Assembly (NCBI GenBank): GCA_002787355.1
Contig: PCWN01000007.1
Location: 315,552 to 379,551, forward strand
Reading direction: 5' to 3'
Source of the DNA: Candidatus Magasanikbacteria bacterium CG11_big_fil_rev_8_21_14_0_20_39_34
GTDB lineage: Bacteria; Patescibacteriota; Patescibacteriia; Magasanikbacterales; UBA922
Length of the DNA stretch: 64,000 nucleotides
This document shows, in pieces, positions 49,049-59,967 of this stretch. Both the position numbers and the translations under genes were made by a program. The notes beneath the pieces were generated by a model, which was given only the letters and a program-made list of their open reading frames with translations, was not told the origin of the DNA and did no database searches. Each line of letters opens with the position of its first letter. The stretch's first letter is position 1.

Positions 49049-50083
49049 CTATATTTTTCGTTGTCTTCCCACACGCTTCTCTGCTACATCTTCTTCTATC
49101 AAATCACTCTTTAATAAAGCTTTAACCGCATTTTCCATGGTGACCATTCCCTCTTTCATACCAGTCTGCATGGCACTTTCAATTTGTGCAATATTATTTT
49201 CACGAATAAGATTAGAAACTGCAGGAGTATTTACTAAAATTTCTCGAGCTGCCACACGTTTTCCATCTTTTCCTGGTAAAAGTTGTTGCGCAATTACTCC
49301 TCGCAATACTGCACCCAACTGAATAAGCACCTGCTTTTGTTTGGCACCATCAAAGACATCTACAATACGCTCAACCGCCTCAGCTGCAGATGATGTATGC
49401 AAAGTTGAAAATACAAGGTGTCCGGTTTCCGCTGCAGTGAGTACAGTTGCAATGGTCTCTGGATCTCGCATTTCTCCAACCAAAATAACATTGGGATCCT
49501 GACGTAAAACATGCTTAAGTGCGGCAGAAAAAGATTTGGTGTCCTCACCAATTTCTCTTTGTTCAATAAGTGACTCTTTATTTTCAAAGACAAACTCAAT
49601 TGGATCTTCTACCGTAATAATATGCGCCTTTCTTTTTTGATTAATTTGCTCAATCATACATGCCAATGTCGTTGATTTTCCATTTCCCGTTGGACCAACG
49701 ACAAGTACTAAGCCATCTAAAAGTTCTGTAAAATGATAAAGTGGTTCCTCAAAACCCAATTCCTCTGGAGTGGGAATATTCTCAGGAATAAGACGCGCTG
49801 CCATACCCAACACCCCTTTTTGTTTATGCAAGTTTACACGAAAACGAACATTTTCTTGTTCATAGGAAAAATCTAATTCAAAGCTTTCCTGAAAACGTTT
49901 TTTTTGATCAGCATTCAGAAGAGACATAATAGCAACCTCTAAATCCTTCGCTGAGAGAGCACCACCTTCTAACTCTACCAGATTTCCATCAATTCGGAGC
50001 ATGGGAACTTCTTCGGCAACAAGATGCAAATCAGATGCACCATTTTCAATTGCAGACTTAAAATATGCTTTTATTTGTTTCAT
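49049..50083 (-). CDS. pilT: Type IV pilus retraction ATPase
   Basis: ASDLHL, GPTGNGKSTT, EDPIE, LRQDP, AAETGH, NLIRE. Confidence 0.93.
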   Translation of the reverse strand: MKQIKAYFKSAIENGASDLHLVAEEVPMLRIDGNLVELEGGALSAKDLEVAIMSLLNADQKKRFQESFELDFSYEQENVRFRVNLHKQKGVLGMAARLIPENIPTPEELGFEEPLYHFTELLDGLVLVVGPTGNGKSTTLACMIEQINQKRKAHIITVEDPIEFVFENKESLIEQREIGEDTKSFSAALKHVLRQDPNVILVGEMRDPETIATVLTAAETGHLVFSTLHTSSAAEAVERIVDVFDGAKQKQVLIQLGAVLRGVIAQQLLPGKDGKRVAAREILVNTPAVSNLIRENNIAQIESAMQTGMKEGMVTMENAVKALLKSDLIEEDVAEKRVGRQRKI

Positions 50084-50095
50084 AAAATTTTTTTC

Positions 50096-50425
50096 CTATT
50101 GCTTTTTTAACTTTTGAATTTCCTTTTGGAATGTTCCCCATTGTGAACTGACTAACTTCACAATCATGTTTTTTACCGAAACAGCCCACTTGTGTTCTTT
50201 CGCAAATTTTTCTACTACCTCACGAACTTCACATACAAATTCTTGTTTACCCATTTTTTTCCATGCATCGGATTTCAAAATTTTTGATTGCACCTCTTCA
50301 TAAATGTCACTTGAAAAATCAAGCATTTGATCTCTTGTCTCACGTCCCTTTTTGGTGGTACTCATCCAAGTCATGGACGCACCCAAAAGAGCTCCTAAAA
50401 ACAGTCCTTTTTTAAATTTTCCCAT
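50096..50425 (-). CDS. YtxH-like protein
   Basis: GLFLGALLGA..KKGRETRD. Confidence 0.65.
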   Translation of the reverse strand: MGKFKKGLFLGALLGASMTWMSTTKKGRETRDQMLDFSSDIYEEVQSKILKSDAWKKMGKQEFVCEVREVVEKFAKEHKWAVSVKNMIVKLVSSQWGTFQKEIQKLKKQ

Positions 50426-50487
50426 ATTTTTTTGGCTAATGATAAATGTTTTTTTATTTTTTCTACTTCTCTCTAGTATAACAAAAT

Positions 50488-51639
50488 TTATACCTTCCTC
50501 ACAAGTTTTTCATACTCTTGCTGAAACCTGCCGGCTATATGCTCCCAACTAAACTTGTCCTCTGCAAGTTCCCGTACACGTCTTGCCCACAAGCCTTTTG
50601 TGGTAATATTTTCCTGGAAGTAATCCGCTATTGCACTTGCCAACTCCAGCTCATGAGCAGCAGGAACAACCACTCCCCCCTGATTGGCAATACTCCGTAC
50701 TCCCGGGAGGTCACTGGCTACAACAGGAACTCCTGATGCAAAACTCTCCAAAAGAACCATTCCAAAAGCCTCTGAGATGTCAATTGATGGGAGAACAAAG
50801 AGGTCTGCCAGCCTATAATAGGATGGAAGCTGCTCTGCAGAAACTTTTCCCACAAAACGCACCCATGTTTTTAAAAACAATGCACCACACACCCTTTCAT
50901 ACTCACCCTTCATATCTCCATCTCCCACAAATATGGCTTGAAAAGGAACTCTTTTTTTTTTCAAAAGAGACAATGCCCGTAAAAGGACTGGTATTCCCTT
51001 GAAATAATGTGCCCTATCCATTCCCCCAACAAAAAGAACCGTTGGGATATCTCTTTGAAGCCCAAGTTCATCCAATAAAGCACTTTCTTTTTCTCCTGGA
51101 AAAAATCTGTGTATATCCACACCAAAGGGAATTTCAATCCATTTTTCCTTATTTTCTTTATAAATTTTTTCTGCACCACTTTGGAGAAGGTAGTCAAATG
51201 AAGCAGATACTAAAAGATCCGCACTTCTGAGAACCCGCGGCATGTAATACTTTGCATACATCTGAAAAAGAAGCCCCTTCCAACCCGAACCACGTGGATC
51301 CATGTGATAGGTAATCACCAAAGGAATCTTTGGGTTGTCTTTCTTGAAACGATAAACCATGCCTGCAGTACCAAAAAAAGGATAGTGCAAGTGCACCAAA
51401 TCATACCCGGAGAGGATACTTTTCACCTGAGGCAAAACAGCTGCATTTCCATAGGAAAATCGAGGATCAAGACGCCTCACATATTCCATTTTCTCTGAAT
51501 CGGTATCTTTTTGATACTGTGGGGTAATCACTTCTACATCATGTCCCAAATCAATCAATCCTTTTGAAAGTTCATAGACAGAATTCCCCATGCCTCCATA
51601 ATAGGGTGGAAAAGTACAAACAATCTGTGCTATCTTCAT
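50488..51639 (-). CDS. GT4 glycosyltransferase
   Basis: GGMG, HLHYP, FKG, EAFGMVLLE. Confidence 0.93.
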   Translation of the reverse strand: MKIAQIVCTFPPYYGGMGNSVYELSKGLIDLGHDVEVITPQYQKDTDSEKMEYVRRLDPRFSYGNAAVLPQVKSILSGYDLVHLHYPFFGTAGMVYRFKKDNPKIPLVITYHMDPRGSGWKGLLFQMYAKYYMPRVLRSADLLVSASFDYLLQSGAEKIYKENKEKWIEIPFGVDIHRFFPGEKESALLDELGLQRDIPTVLFVGGMDRAHYFKGIPVLLRALSLLKKKRVPFQAIFVGDGDMKGEYERVCGALFLKTWVRFVGKVSAEQLPSYYRLADLFVLPSIDISEAFGMVLLESFASGVPVVASDLPGVRSIANQGGVVVPAAHELELASAIADYFQENITTKGLWARRVRELAEDKFSWEHIAGRFQQEYEKLVRKV

Positions 51640-51652
51640 AATTTTTTGTTTT

Positions 51653-51982
51653 TCAGGATTTTTCTTGCAGGGAGTCGCGTCGAACAATCTTTGTAATATT
51701 TTTATTCATGTTTTCAATTTTTATATGCAAACGAAAAAGGAGAAAAAATAAAAGCGCAACAGAAATATACAATACAAAATCACTTCCACGACCAATCCCA
51801 AAAGTATCTGCCAACATCTGTACCGTCGTAGGCCATAATACTACCACAATAACGGCGCACCAAAAAAAGGACCAAAACAAAGCTCCGAGAAGACCCAAGC
51901 TTCCCCCCTTTTTTCTTTGAAAGATCCCAAAGATGTTATAAAGGGAAAAAACGATAAAAAGCAATTTAAAGACGATAAGCAT
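51653..51982 (-). CDS. DUF2304 family membrane protein
   Basis: FGIGRGSDFVLY, ITKIVR; follows a GT2. Confidence 0.85.
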   Translation of the reverse strand: MLIVFKLLFIVFSLYNIFGIFQRKKGGSLGLLGALFWSFFWCAVIVVVLWPTTVQMLADTFGIGRGSDFVLYISVALLFFLLFRLHIKIENMNKNITKIVRRDSLQEKS

Positions 51983-51997
51983 AAAGAGATATTAGAA

Positions 51998-52660
51998 CTA
52001 TTTATGAAGAAAGAAGCCTAAAATAAGGTCTTTTACCACATTTATCCCCCCAAAAAGATTTTGTCCATATTCATGATACGTCACTTTTACCGGAAATTCA
52101 ATGTATGTCAACTTATTTTTCTTCACTAATCGGGGAATCTCCGTAGCATGTGCCATTCCCTCATGTGTGATGACAATTGAACGAAGAGCTCGCTTGGAAA
52201 GAATACGAAACCCATTATGTGCGTCCGTGAGCTTTAACCCACCAAATAAAAAATCCACCACTCGAGATATGGGGGATAATATATATCTTTTCGTAAACGG
52301 AATATTAGAACGATTGTCTAGATAACGTGAACCCACCAAAATATCTGCCTTTGATTCTTGAAGTGCGTGAAAGGCAGGAACAATATCTTGAATATCAAAC
52401 TGAAGATCTGCATCAAAATGCAATACATAGTCTGCACCTATTTTTCTGGCATATTCGTGACCGGTTTCTAGCGCCGCTCCCTGTCCCCTATTAATTTTGT
52501 GGGATAAAACCACAGCTCCTGCCTGTTTTGCTTTTTGTGCCGTAGCATCAGTTGATCCATCATCTACCACAATCACTGAATCAACGCATGATAAAAGTTC
52601 TTTTACAACACGCTCTATGGTACGCCCTTCATTGTATGCCGGCACAATAGCTACAAACAT
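51998..52660 (-). CDS. GT2 glycosyltransferase (DPM-like)
   Basis: VPAYNE, VDDGSTD, NRGQGAAL, FDADLQ. Confidence 0.93.
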   Translation of the reverse strand: MFVAIVPAYNEGRTIERVVKELLSCVDSVIVVDDGSTDATAQKAKQAGAVVLSHKINRGQGAALETGHEYARKIGADYVLHFDADLQFDIQDIVPAFHALQESKADILVGSRYLDNRSNIPFTKRYILSPISRVVDFLFGGLKLTDAHNGFRILSKRALRSIVITHEGMAHATEIPRLVKKNKLTYIEFPVKVTYHEYGQNLFGGINVVKDLILGFFLHK

Positions 52661-52680
52661 ATCTCCCTTTTTTATTTTCT

Positions 52681-53712
52681 TCAGGAATAATTTCCACCAA
52701 ATCGTAACATTTCTTTACTCGCGATAGTGTAATCAATGGTCTGTTGCAAACCATCTGAAAGTCGTATGAGTGGAAGCCAACCCAATATTTCCTTTGCTCT
52801 TTGCAAATCAGGCATACCTTTCTTTGTAAGGAAGGCAAGTGGTTGTTCAAAACGGACCTGAGATAGAGAACCTGTCATTTCAATAATTTTATGGGCAACA
52901 TCCACCATTTTTACTTTTTCATCTGATCCTATATTTACCAATGATACATTTGGACCACTACGCATAAGCCGAATAAGTCCATCAATCATATCACTTACAT
53001 AACACAAGGATTGTTCCAAGTCCTCATCTCCATATATCACAACATCCTTCCCATCTATGGCACTGATGATAAAATCAGGAATAAGAAGTCCATCATCCAG
53101 TCTCATACGCGGCCCATAGGTAGAAAAAATTCGCGCAATCTTTGCGTCTACATTATATACTTGCCTATAGGTATCTACACACGTTTCAGCAAAACGTTTC
53201 CCTTCATCATAACAAGATCGTGGGGCAAGATGATTTACTTTTCCTTCATCATCTTCTTTAAAGAAAACATGATCCTCAGATACAGACCCATATACAACAG
53301 AACTGGAAGCAAAGACATATTTTGCACGATATTTTACCGAAAGATCCAAAGTATTCAACATTGCTTTTGAATTGGCCCACAAAGAATGAATTTTGAGATG
53401 CTCAAAATTTTTCGGACTCGTAGGACAGGCAAGATGATAAATTTCTTGCACCCCCTGGAACTGTACTTTAAACTTATCCAGCTCCTCAAAAGAAGAAAGA
53501 TCTATAGGACTGGTGACATCATAACGAATAAACTCAAAATTTGGGTACTGCAAAAGATGATCAATATTTTGTATGCTTGAATTGGAAAAATCATCCATAC
53601 AAATAACGTTGGCATCAGCAAGAAGCTTCTCACACAGATGCGAGCCTAAAAACCCCGCTCCTCCGGTTACCAACACGTTCTTTTTTTCAAAAATGGGTGT
53701 TTCGTACATCAT
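52681..53712 (-). CDS. Extended SDR, UDP-glucuronate decarboxylase-like
   Basis: TGGAGFLGSHL, HLACPTSP, RSCYDEGKR, TYGPRM. Confidence 0.88.
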   Translation of the reverse strand: MMYETPIFEKKNVLVTGGAGFLGSHLCEKLLADANVICMDDFSNSSIQNIDHLLQYPNFEFIRYDVTSPIDLSSFEELDKFKVQFQGVQEIYHLACPTSPKNFEHLKIHSLWANSKAMLNTLDLSVKYRAKYVFASSSVVYGSVSEDHVFFKEDDEGKVNHLAPRSCYDEGKRFAETCVDTYRQVYNVDAKIARIFSTYGPRMRLDDGLLIPDFIISAIDGKDVVIYGDEDLEQSLCYVSDMIDGLIRLMRSGPNVSLVNIGSDEKVKMVDVAHKIIEMTGSLSQVRFEQPLAFLTKKGMPDLQRAKEILGWLPLIRLSDGLQQTIDYTIASKEMLRFGGNYS

Positions 53713-53776
53713 ATGTATTCAAAATCTTTCTAAAAAGGGATCCCCCTTCATAAATAATAGCAAAAAAATGCTTTTT

Positions 53777-55783
53777 TTACAACGCGTAAATTCGGATGAA
53801 ATGATCTTGATTATCAAAGAAAGAAAATTCATCGGTCTTTTTTCCATCAAGTGTATATACTCTTCCGGGAAATTGTGCCGAATCAAAATAGGTAAGAAGC
53901 TTTATATCATTTCCTGATTGGGATAAATCTATTTCCAACCTTAATTCCCCTTCTCCAAGATGTGAAAAAGGGAAAAATCCACCACTTTTATTTCCAGTGG
54001 CATCATAACTGGCAATATAGGGAAGATTTCCAATTGTGCCCGAGACAAAAAACTTTTTCTGAAAATCATCAGTGACTACAAAATCTGAAACGGAAGAAAG
54101 TGAAGAAAGCAAGATTGTATTCTTTAACGTAAATTCATCTGAAAAAGTTTGGATGGAAAAGTCTCCATTTTTTTTCTCTTCCAGAATAGCGATTAAACCT
54201 TTTTGTTCATATAACGAGATGCCCTTGACCTGTGAATTAAGTGTGAAAGATCCTTCTAAAATGCCGTTAAGCTTGTACTTTCTCACTTCAAAACTTCCAT
54301 CTTCTAACTCTACCAAAAGAATGAGGTCTTGTGGATCAGAAATCACCAGTGTATCGACTACTCGACGTGCACGTACAGAAAATCTACGTATTCTTTCTCC
54401 TTTTTGATTATATTCAAAAATTCTATGGTAACCATCTGTTCCCTCAGATGTCCCAATAAAATTCACTCCATCCAAAGTCTTATATGGGAGAACATTACTC
54501 ATTCCCTTCCAAAAAGATTGAAGTTCGGAAAAACTATCCTTTTGAACCGGATTTTTGTAGCGAGCGGTAAAAAGTCCTCCCTCAAGTCCAAAGGCAACAT
54601 AACCAAGATCTTGTTCATATAAATGAGCTGATGCCTTTAATGCATAGTTCACCGCAGCACGCACTTGTAATAACCCAGCACCATAGAGCTGTCTATAGGC
54701 ATCTTCATCTTTGGGAGGAGTCTTGGAAACCGATTCAAGTAAAGCTCTATTAATCTCACGAGCACCCCAAGAAGGTTGGATAGATTTTATAAGCGCTGCT
54801 GCCCCGCTTACATGTGGAGCAGCAAAAGAAGTCCCTGAAAAAGATCCGCCATAATGTTTTTCGAGTTGTAGCTCTGGAGCATAAAAAAGAAGACCATTAA
54901 TATCTACTCCAGGCGCTGCAATATCTATACAATCATCTCCAGCATTAGAAAAACTTGCAAAATATCGTGAGGGTTCAATAGCACTTACTCCAATTACCTT
55001 TACTTCAGATTCTCCTTCATCACTACACACAGGATACCTCGGTGATTCATTCAGATTCACACGATCATTTCCAGCAGCCGCTACAATAACGACCCCACGG
55101 GAATATGCATAGTCTATAGCTACTTTCAGTTCAGGGATAGATTCAAAACCTACCAAGGAAATGTTAATAACATCAGCACCATTGTCTGTCGCATAATAAA
55201 TAGCACGCACAAGTGGCTCCATTTCCCCTTCTCCATGAGAGTCAACTGCACGTATATTCATAAGGCGTACCTTCCAGTTCATTCCTGCCATATCCAGTCC
55301 ATTGTTCCCTACCGCTCCAATGATACTCGCGACAACGGTAGCATGATGAACCGTTCCTTGTTCTCTTTCTAAATCCGTAATATTGGAAGGGTCCGGTCGA
55401 GGGTTGTTATTTCCAAAATTTTCCTGTTCATCAACAGTACCATCATCATTAAAATCCGTTGGAACAAAATTCCACCCCCATACGTCATCTATATAGCCAT
55501 TGTGGTCATCATCTATTCCATTATCCGGGATTTCCCCTTCATTTTTCCAAACATTATCACGAAGATCCCGATGAAGCATGTCAAAACCATTATCAATTAT
55601 GGCAACCACCACGTCACGAGATCCAGTTGCCTCATCCCAAGCATCGTAAACGTGAACCATATTATAGTTCCATTGTCTTGCATAGGAATCATTGCTTGAT
55701 GCAGCCAAAATAGGTTGAGCGCATGAAATACCCAAAATCACAAGGGAATAAAATAATTTTTGAAATAATGATTTTTTTCGCAT
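53777..55783 (-). CDS. Secreted S8 subtilisin-like peptidase
   Basis: IIDNG, HATVVAS, AAAGN, GTSFAAPHVSG. Confidence 0.93.
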   Translation of the reverse strand: MRKKSLFQKLFYSLVILGISCAQPILAASSNDSYARQWNYNMVHVYDAWDEATGSRDVVVAIIDNGFDMLHRDLRDNVWKNEGEIPDNGIDDDHNGYIDDVWGWNFVPTDFNDDGTVDEQENFGNNNPRPDPSNITDLEREQGTVHHATVVASIIGAVGNNGLDMAGMNWKVRLMNIRAVDSHGEGEMEPLVRAIYYATDNGADVINISLVGFESIPELKVAIDYAYSRGVVIVAAAGNDRVNLNESPRYPVCSDEGESEVKVIGVSAIEPSRYFASFSNAGDDCIDIAAPGVDINGLLFYAPELQLEKHYGGSFSGTSFAAPHVSGAAALIKSIQPSWGAREINRALLESVSKTPPKDEDAYRQLYGAGLLQVRAAVNYALKASAHLYEQDLGYVAFGLEGGLFTARYKNPVQKDSFSELQSFWKGMSNVLPYKTLDGVNFIGTSEGTDGYHRIFEYNQKGERIRRFSVRARRVVDTLVISDPQDLILLVELEDGSFEVRKYKLNGILEGSFTLNSQVKGISLYEQKGLIAILEEKKNGDFSIQTFSDEFTLKNTILLSSLSSVSDFVVTDDFQKKFFVSGTIGNLPYIASYDATGNKSGGFFPFSHLGEGELRLEIDLSQSGNDIKLLTYFDSAQFPGRVYTLDGKKTDEFSFFDNQDHFIRIYAL

Positions 55784-55786
55784 ATA

Positions 55787-57541
55787 TCAAAGTGGGATGA
55801 TAGTGCCACCAACACGCCTTGTTGGAAAGCTACTATCTTTGGATGATGCCGTCTTCTTAACACTTTGTGGAAGGGTATATGCAGGGTGAATGATAAAATA
55901 TTTTTGAGCCCCCTTTGCCACTGATGAATTTACCTTGTCCACCAAAGCACCCTTAGGAAATTCAAACGCTTCATCTGGAAGAGTTGTAATGCTTTGAGAG
56001 CCCACGGGTGAACGTCCTTGAAGAATTTCCTTGGCGTCATCAACACCATCAAAGTCTGTGTCTTTTGAAATTGGATTACTCAGCCAAACAAAAATTTCCT
56101 CGTAGTCACTGAGGGTGTCCCCGTCTGAATCAGCATTACTATCCAGTGATCCATACTCTTGCTCTACTGATAATTCCACTCCATCGTGATCTCGATCCAC
56201 AATATTTTCATCATTGTTTTGAATGCTTTGGCTTTCCATAACATAAAATGCTTTCAATTCATTGGGCAAACGAAGAATCCGCTCATTCCAGAGATCCCCA
56301 TATACAAGACGCGCTTCAACGGCAGAGCGGATTTGACGTAGGACACATCCAGGCTCTACAGCATACACGTTTGTATCCCCTGAAAATTGAATCAGAAATG
56401 TTCCCGGACGAACACAGACGGGATCACCAACCGGATACTGAGACAGTTTTATATCACTCACAAAGTTTACACTAGAAAAATCTGCATACCAAGAATGATA
56501 AATTGACATTTGTGAAAATGGATGAATTTTATCATCAAAACCCAAATAGTAAATTCCAGAACCAGGACTCTTTAGGAGTGTTCCCCCCTTAAGACCTCCT
56601 TCCTTTGGTATATAATTGATAGTATCCACAACATTACCTTCTCTCCCCTGTGAATCAAGATAGTAAACATAAACTGTCTTTCTTCCCTTCCCATCTGAAA
56701 GAATCCACGGAATTTCCTTTTGGACTGGGACAAAATCAATAGCATCAAGCACACTCTTTGAATTACTGTTGCTTACTTTTATTCCTTCTACTCCGTCTGT
56801 ATTACTCAATTGGAGTAATACAGACCGACTGGAAGTATCACCCGTTCCAGAATTAATATTCATTTTCATATCTACCAATGAAACCGGTTCAAATTTTATG
56901 ATATCACTATACACTTTTCCTTCTTGCAAAAGCTCATCACGAAACTGGACATACACGGTTTTCTCAATACCTTCATCAAAACCAAGATTCCATTTCAAAC
57001 TGGATTTATATGGACGCCACCCAACTCTTTCTAAACCATTCAAAGAATTTGCAATACGCATATCCTTCATCCCCTTTGGCTTGGTAATGTAGAGGGTTAC
57101 TTGGCGGTATTTTGTACTCGCTTGTGAGCCATTAATACGAATATAGGTTTTATTTTTTTCTGCTTCGGTCTCTTCCCGTAAAATAATGCTATCACTATAA
57201 ATAAGACTATTTACATTTTCCTTATCGCGAAACTGAACATAAACGGTTTTTTCTTCATAACTAAATGGGAGTGTCCAATTTACACGAGAAGTATAACTTC
57301 TCCATGTGGCATGCAAGAGATCATCCAAGTCATTTCCAATACGCATTTGTACCGCTCCGGTAGGTCTACTTATACTCAAAACTACATGTTTACTCGTGGT
57401 GTATGTAGCACCTCCATCAATAGAGAGGTATTTACTTCGCAGATATTCTGAAAAAGCCTTTCCCGGAGAAAGAATCAGCAAAAGAAACAAAATGGTAGTG
57501 CTCCAAAGAAAAGCACGCCGTGAAACTTGAAATTTGGCCAT
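55787..57541 (-). CDS. Secreted surface protein with three beta-rich repeats and Ca-binding DxDxD motifs
   Basis: Three repeats ending W.L..KTVYV; DRDHDG, DSDGDTLSD, DTDFDGVDD. Confidence 0.75.
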   Translation of the reverse strand: MAKFQVSRRAFLWSTTILFLLLILSPGKAFSEYLRSKYLSIDGGATYTTSKHVVLSISRPTGAVQMRIGNDLDDLLHATWRSYTSRVNWTLPFSYEEKTVYVQFRDKENVNSLIYSDSIILREETEAEKNKTYIRINGSQASTKYRQVTLYITKPKGMKDMRIANSLNGLERVGWRPYKSSLKWNLGFDEGIEKTVYVQFRDELLQEGKVYSDIIKFEPVSLVDMKMNINSGTGDTSSRSVLLQLSNTDGVEGIKVSNSNSKSVLDAIDFVPVQKEIPWILSDGKGRKTVYVYYLDSQGREGNVVDTINYIPKEGGLKGGTLLKSPGSGIYYLGFDDKIHPFSQMSIYHSWYADFSSVNFVSDIKLSQYPVGDPVCVRPGTFLIQFSGDTNVYAVEPGCVLRQIRSAVEARLVYGDLWNERILRLPNELKAFYVMESQSIQNNDENIVDRDHDGVELSVEQEYGSLDSNADSDGDTLSDYEEIFVWLSNPISKDTDFDGVDDAKEILQGRSPVGSQSITTLPDEAFEFPKGALVDKVNSSVAKGAQKYFIIHPAYTLPQSVKKTASSKDSSFPTRRVGGTIIPL

Positions 57542-57616
57542 AATTATGATTAAATAAAGCAAGAATTTCATCTCTAGTATACCACACACTGCTAAAGAAC
57601 AAAATGGACCTTTTTT

Positions 57617-59002
57617 ATGAACCTCATGTATCGTAGTAAACAGATTCTTTTAATATTGGGAGACCTTCTTATTTTTGTGTTTTCTCTCTGGTTGAGTATT
57701 TCCGTACGACATTTTTCCGTACCCAGTTCTGATACATTTTTTCTCCATTTGCATTACTTTTTTTTCATTCTTTTGACAAGTGTTGTCATCAACTACATAA
57801 ATGGACTCTATGACTTAGATGATGACCTCCGTGGAAAACGACTCTTACGCAGAATATTGGAGACATCCAGTGTATCCCTGGTTGCAACCATTGCATACTT
57901 CTATGTAATAGATACTTCAGAGATTACCCCAAAGACGCTTCTCCTCCTCAATATTTTCTTTGCATACTCTCTCATCTTTTTTTGGAGAAATTTATTCCGA
58001 CATATTGCTCGCTTTGAAAGGCTTACCAATAATATTGTTTTTGTAGGTCTTCCCAAAGAAACAGAAGAATTGATACAACATATTGAAACAAAAGAAGGAA
58101 AAGGATACAAAGTTGTTGCTATCATCAACGAAATAAAAGAAAAAGATAAGTCATATCCTTGTGAAGTATACACAGATATTACAAAAATTCGCGCTATCAT
58201 CACTACAAAAAAAGCACATACTATTGTAGTGGCACCGCATCTCAAAAATACTCTTGATATCAATCGAGAGCTCTATGAACTTCTGTTTTGGGATGTTCGA
58301 GTAGTAGACCTTTCTTCATTTTATGAAAATATGATGGGGCGCGTTCCACCATTTACCTTTTCTGAAAGTTGGTTTTTGCAAAATTTGGGACACAAGGATA
58401 ATCCTATTTATTTGCGTATTCGTAAGGCATTGGATTATATTACCGGTATTCTTCTTTTTGGTATATTTCTCTTATTGCTTCCTGTTGTTGCTGTTCTCAT
58501 CAAGCTTGACTCAAAGGGGCCGGTTTTCTTTTCACAAAACCGAATAGGAAAATTTGGAAATACCTTTAGAATTTTCAAGTTTCGATCCATGTTTGCACTT
58601 TCCGAAGATGGAAGTGCAGAAGTTGATGGAGCACAATTTGCCATAAAAAATGACAAACGGGTGACCCGCATTGGGAGATTCCTCAGAAAAACACGCATAG
58701 ATGAACTTCCTCAATGTATTAATATTCTCAAAGGTGAACTCACACTTGTAGGTCCTCGTCCGGAACGTCCCCAAATTGTAGAAAAGTTGGAACTCCAAAT
58801 GCCATACTATTCCCTGCGTCACATAGTGAAACCTGGAATCACCGGTTGGGCCGTTATTCATCAAAATTATACGGATAATTTGGAAACATCCTTACAGAAA
58901 CTTCAATATGATCTCTATTACATAAAAAACAGATCCATTCTTTTGGACCTGTCTATTCTTCTACGGACGGTAAATGTTATCATGCGCTTTCGGGGGCAAT
59001 AA
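57617..59002 (+). CDS. Polyprenyl glycosylphosphotransferase (WcaJ/WbaP-like initiating transferase)
   Basis: FKFRSM, DKRVT, RIDELPQ, VGPRPE, KPGITGWA, DLYYI. Confidence 0.95.
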   Translation: MNLMYRSKQILLILGDLLIFVFSLWLSISVRHFSVPSSDTFFLHLHYFFFILLTSVVINYINGLYDLDDDLRGKRLLRRILETSSVSLVATIAYFYVIDTSEITPKTLLLLNIFFAYSLIFFWRNLFRHIARFERLTNNIVFVGLPKETEELIQHIETKEGKGYKVVAIINEIKEKDKSYPCEVYTDITKIRAIITTKKAHTIVVAPHLKNTLDINRELYELLFWDVRVVDLSSFYENMMGRVPPFTFSESWFLQNLGHKDNPIYLRIRKALDYITGILLFGIFLLLLPVVAVLIKLDSKGPVFFSQNRIGKFGNTFRIFKFRSMFALSEDGSAEVDGAQFAIKNDKRVTRIGRFLRKTRIDELPQCINILKGELTLVGPRPERPQIVEKLELQMPYYSLRHIVKPGITGWAVIHQNYTDNLETSLQKLQYDLYYIKNRSILLDLSILLRTVNVIMRFRGQ

Positions 59003-59009
59003 AACTATT

Positions 59010-59924
59010 TTACGCAATCCCCCATTCTTCTTTTAACTTTGCAATACCCTCCTCGAGCGCTATGGTAGGCTCCCAACCAAGCAATTCTTTTGCTTTTGTA
59101 ATGTCTGCTTCCATAAAACGAACATCTCCCGGGCGTGGATCAATGTTTACCGATTCTCCACCAATAAGTTTTACAATGTCATTTACGGAATGTGGATTAT
59201 GATTTCCAATATTTATGATTTCACCATTTCCAACATTTTCTTTTGTCATAGCAAGAATATTGGCACGGACCACGTCATTTACATGAGTGTAGTCTCGATA
59301 GTACTCTCCATCTCCACAAACGGTCATTGGTTCTGCATCTTTTACTTGTTTCAAAAATTTTCCAATAACCAATGCATACGCACCATTTGGATCACAATAT
59401 GGTCCATAAATATTAAAGTAAACAAGGCTTACGGTTTGGAGTCCATAGAGCCCTGCAAAAAGTCTACAATAATGTTCACCAATAAATTTGTGCAATGCAT
59501 ATGGGGCAATAGGAAGTTTTTCTAAGCCATCCTCTTTTACCGGGTAAACTTCTTGGTTTCCATAAGAAGAAGATGAGGAAGAAAATACCACACGTTTGAC
59601 TCCGTTGTCTCGAGCTGCCAAGAGAACTTGAAGCGTTCCATTTACATTGACATCATGAGTTTCTTCAGGATTTTCCACCGAAAAAGTCACACGAGGAAGC
59701 GCCGCCATATGAAAAACTCCGTCCACCCCTTGCATAGCCTTATCCAGATCTTCACGTTTACGAATATCCCCATCTATATAGGTAATATTTTCTTGGATAC
59801 GACTCTCCATCTTTCCACCCGCATAGTTATCCAATACAACCACTTCATGGCCTTGTTTTTTAAGTTCAATTGCAAGATTTGTTCCTATAAAACCAGCACC
59901 ACCGGTAATAAGATATTTTGACAT
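59010..59924 (-). CDS. UDP-sugar 4-epimerase-like SDR
   Basis: TGGAGFIG, SSSSSYG, PYALHK, YFNIYGP. Confidence 0.9.
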   Translation of the reverse strand: MSKYLITGGAGFIGTNLAIELKKQGHEVVVLDNYAGGKMESRIQENITYIDGDIRKREDLDKAMQGVDGVFHMAALPRVTFSVENPEETHDVNVNGTLQVLLAARDNGVKRVVFSSSSSSYGNQEVYPVKEDGLEKLPIAPYALHKFIGEHYCRLFAGLYGLQTVSLVYFNIYGPYCDPNGAYALVIGKFLKQVKDAEPMTVCGDGEYYRDYTHVNDVVRANILAMTKENVGNGEIINIGNHNPHSVNDIVKLIGGESVNIDPRPGDVRFMEADITKAKELLGWEPTIALEEGIAKLKEEWGIA

Positions 59925-59967
59925 ACATTCTTAAATTAAAGCTAAGTCGTATAAATGTAAGAGTTGA

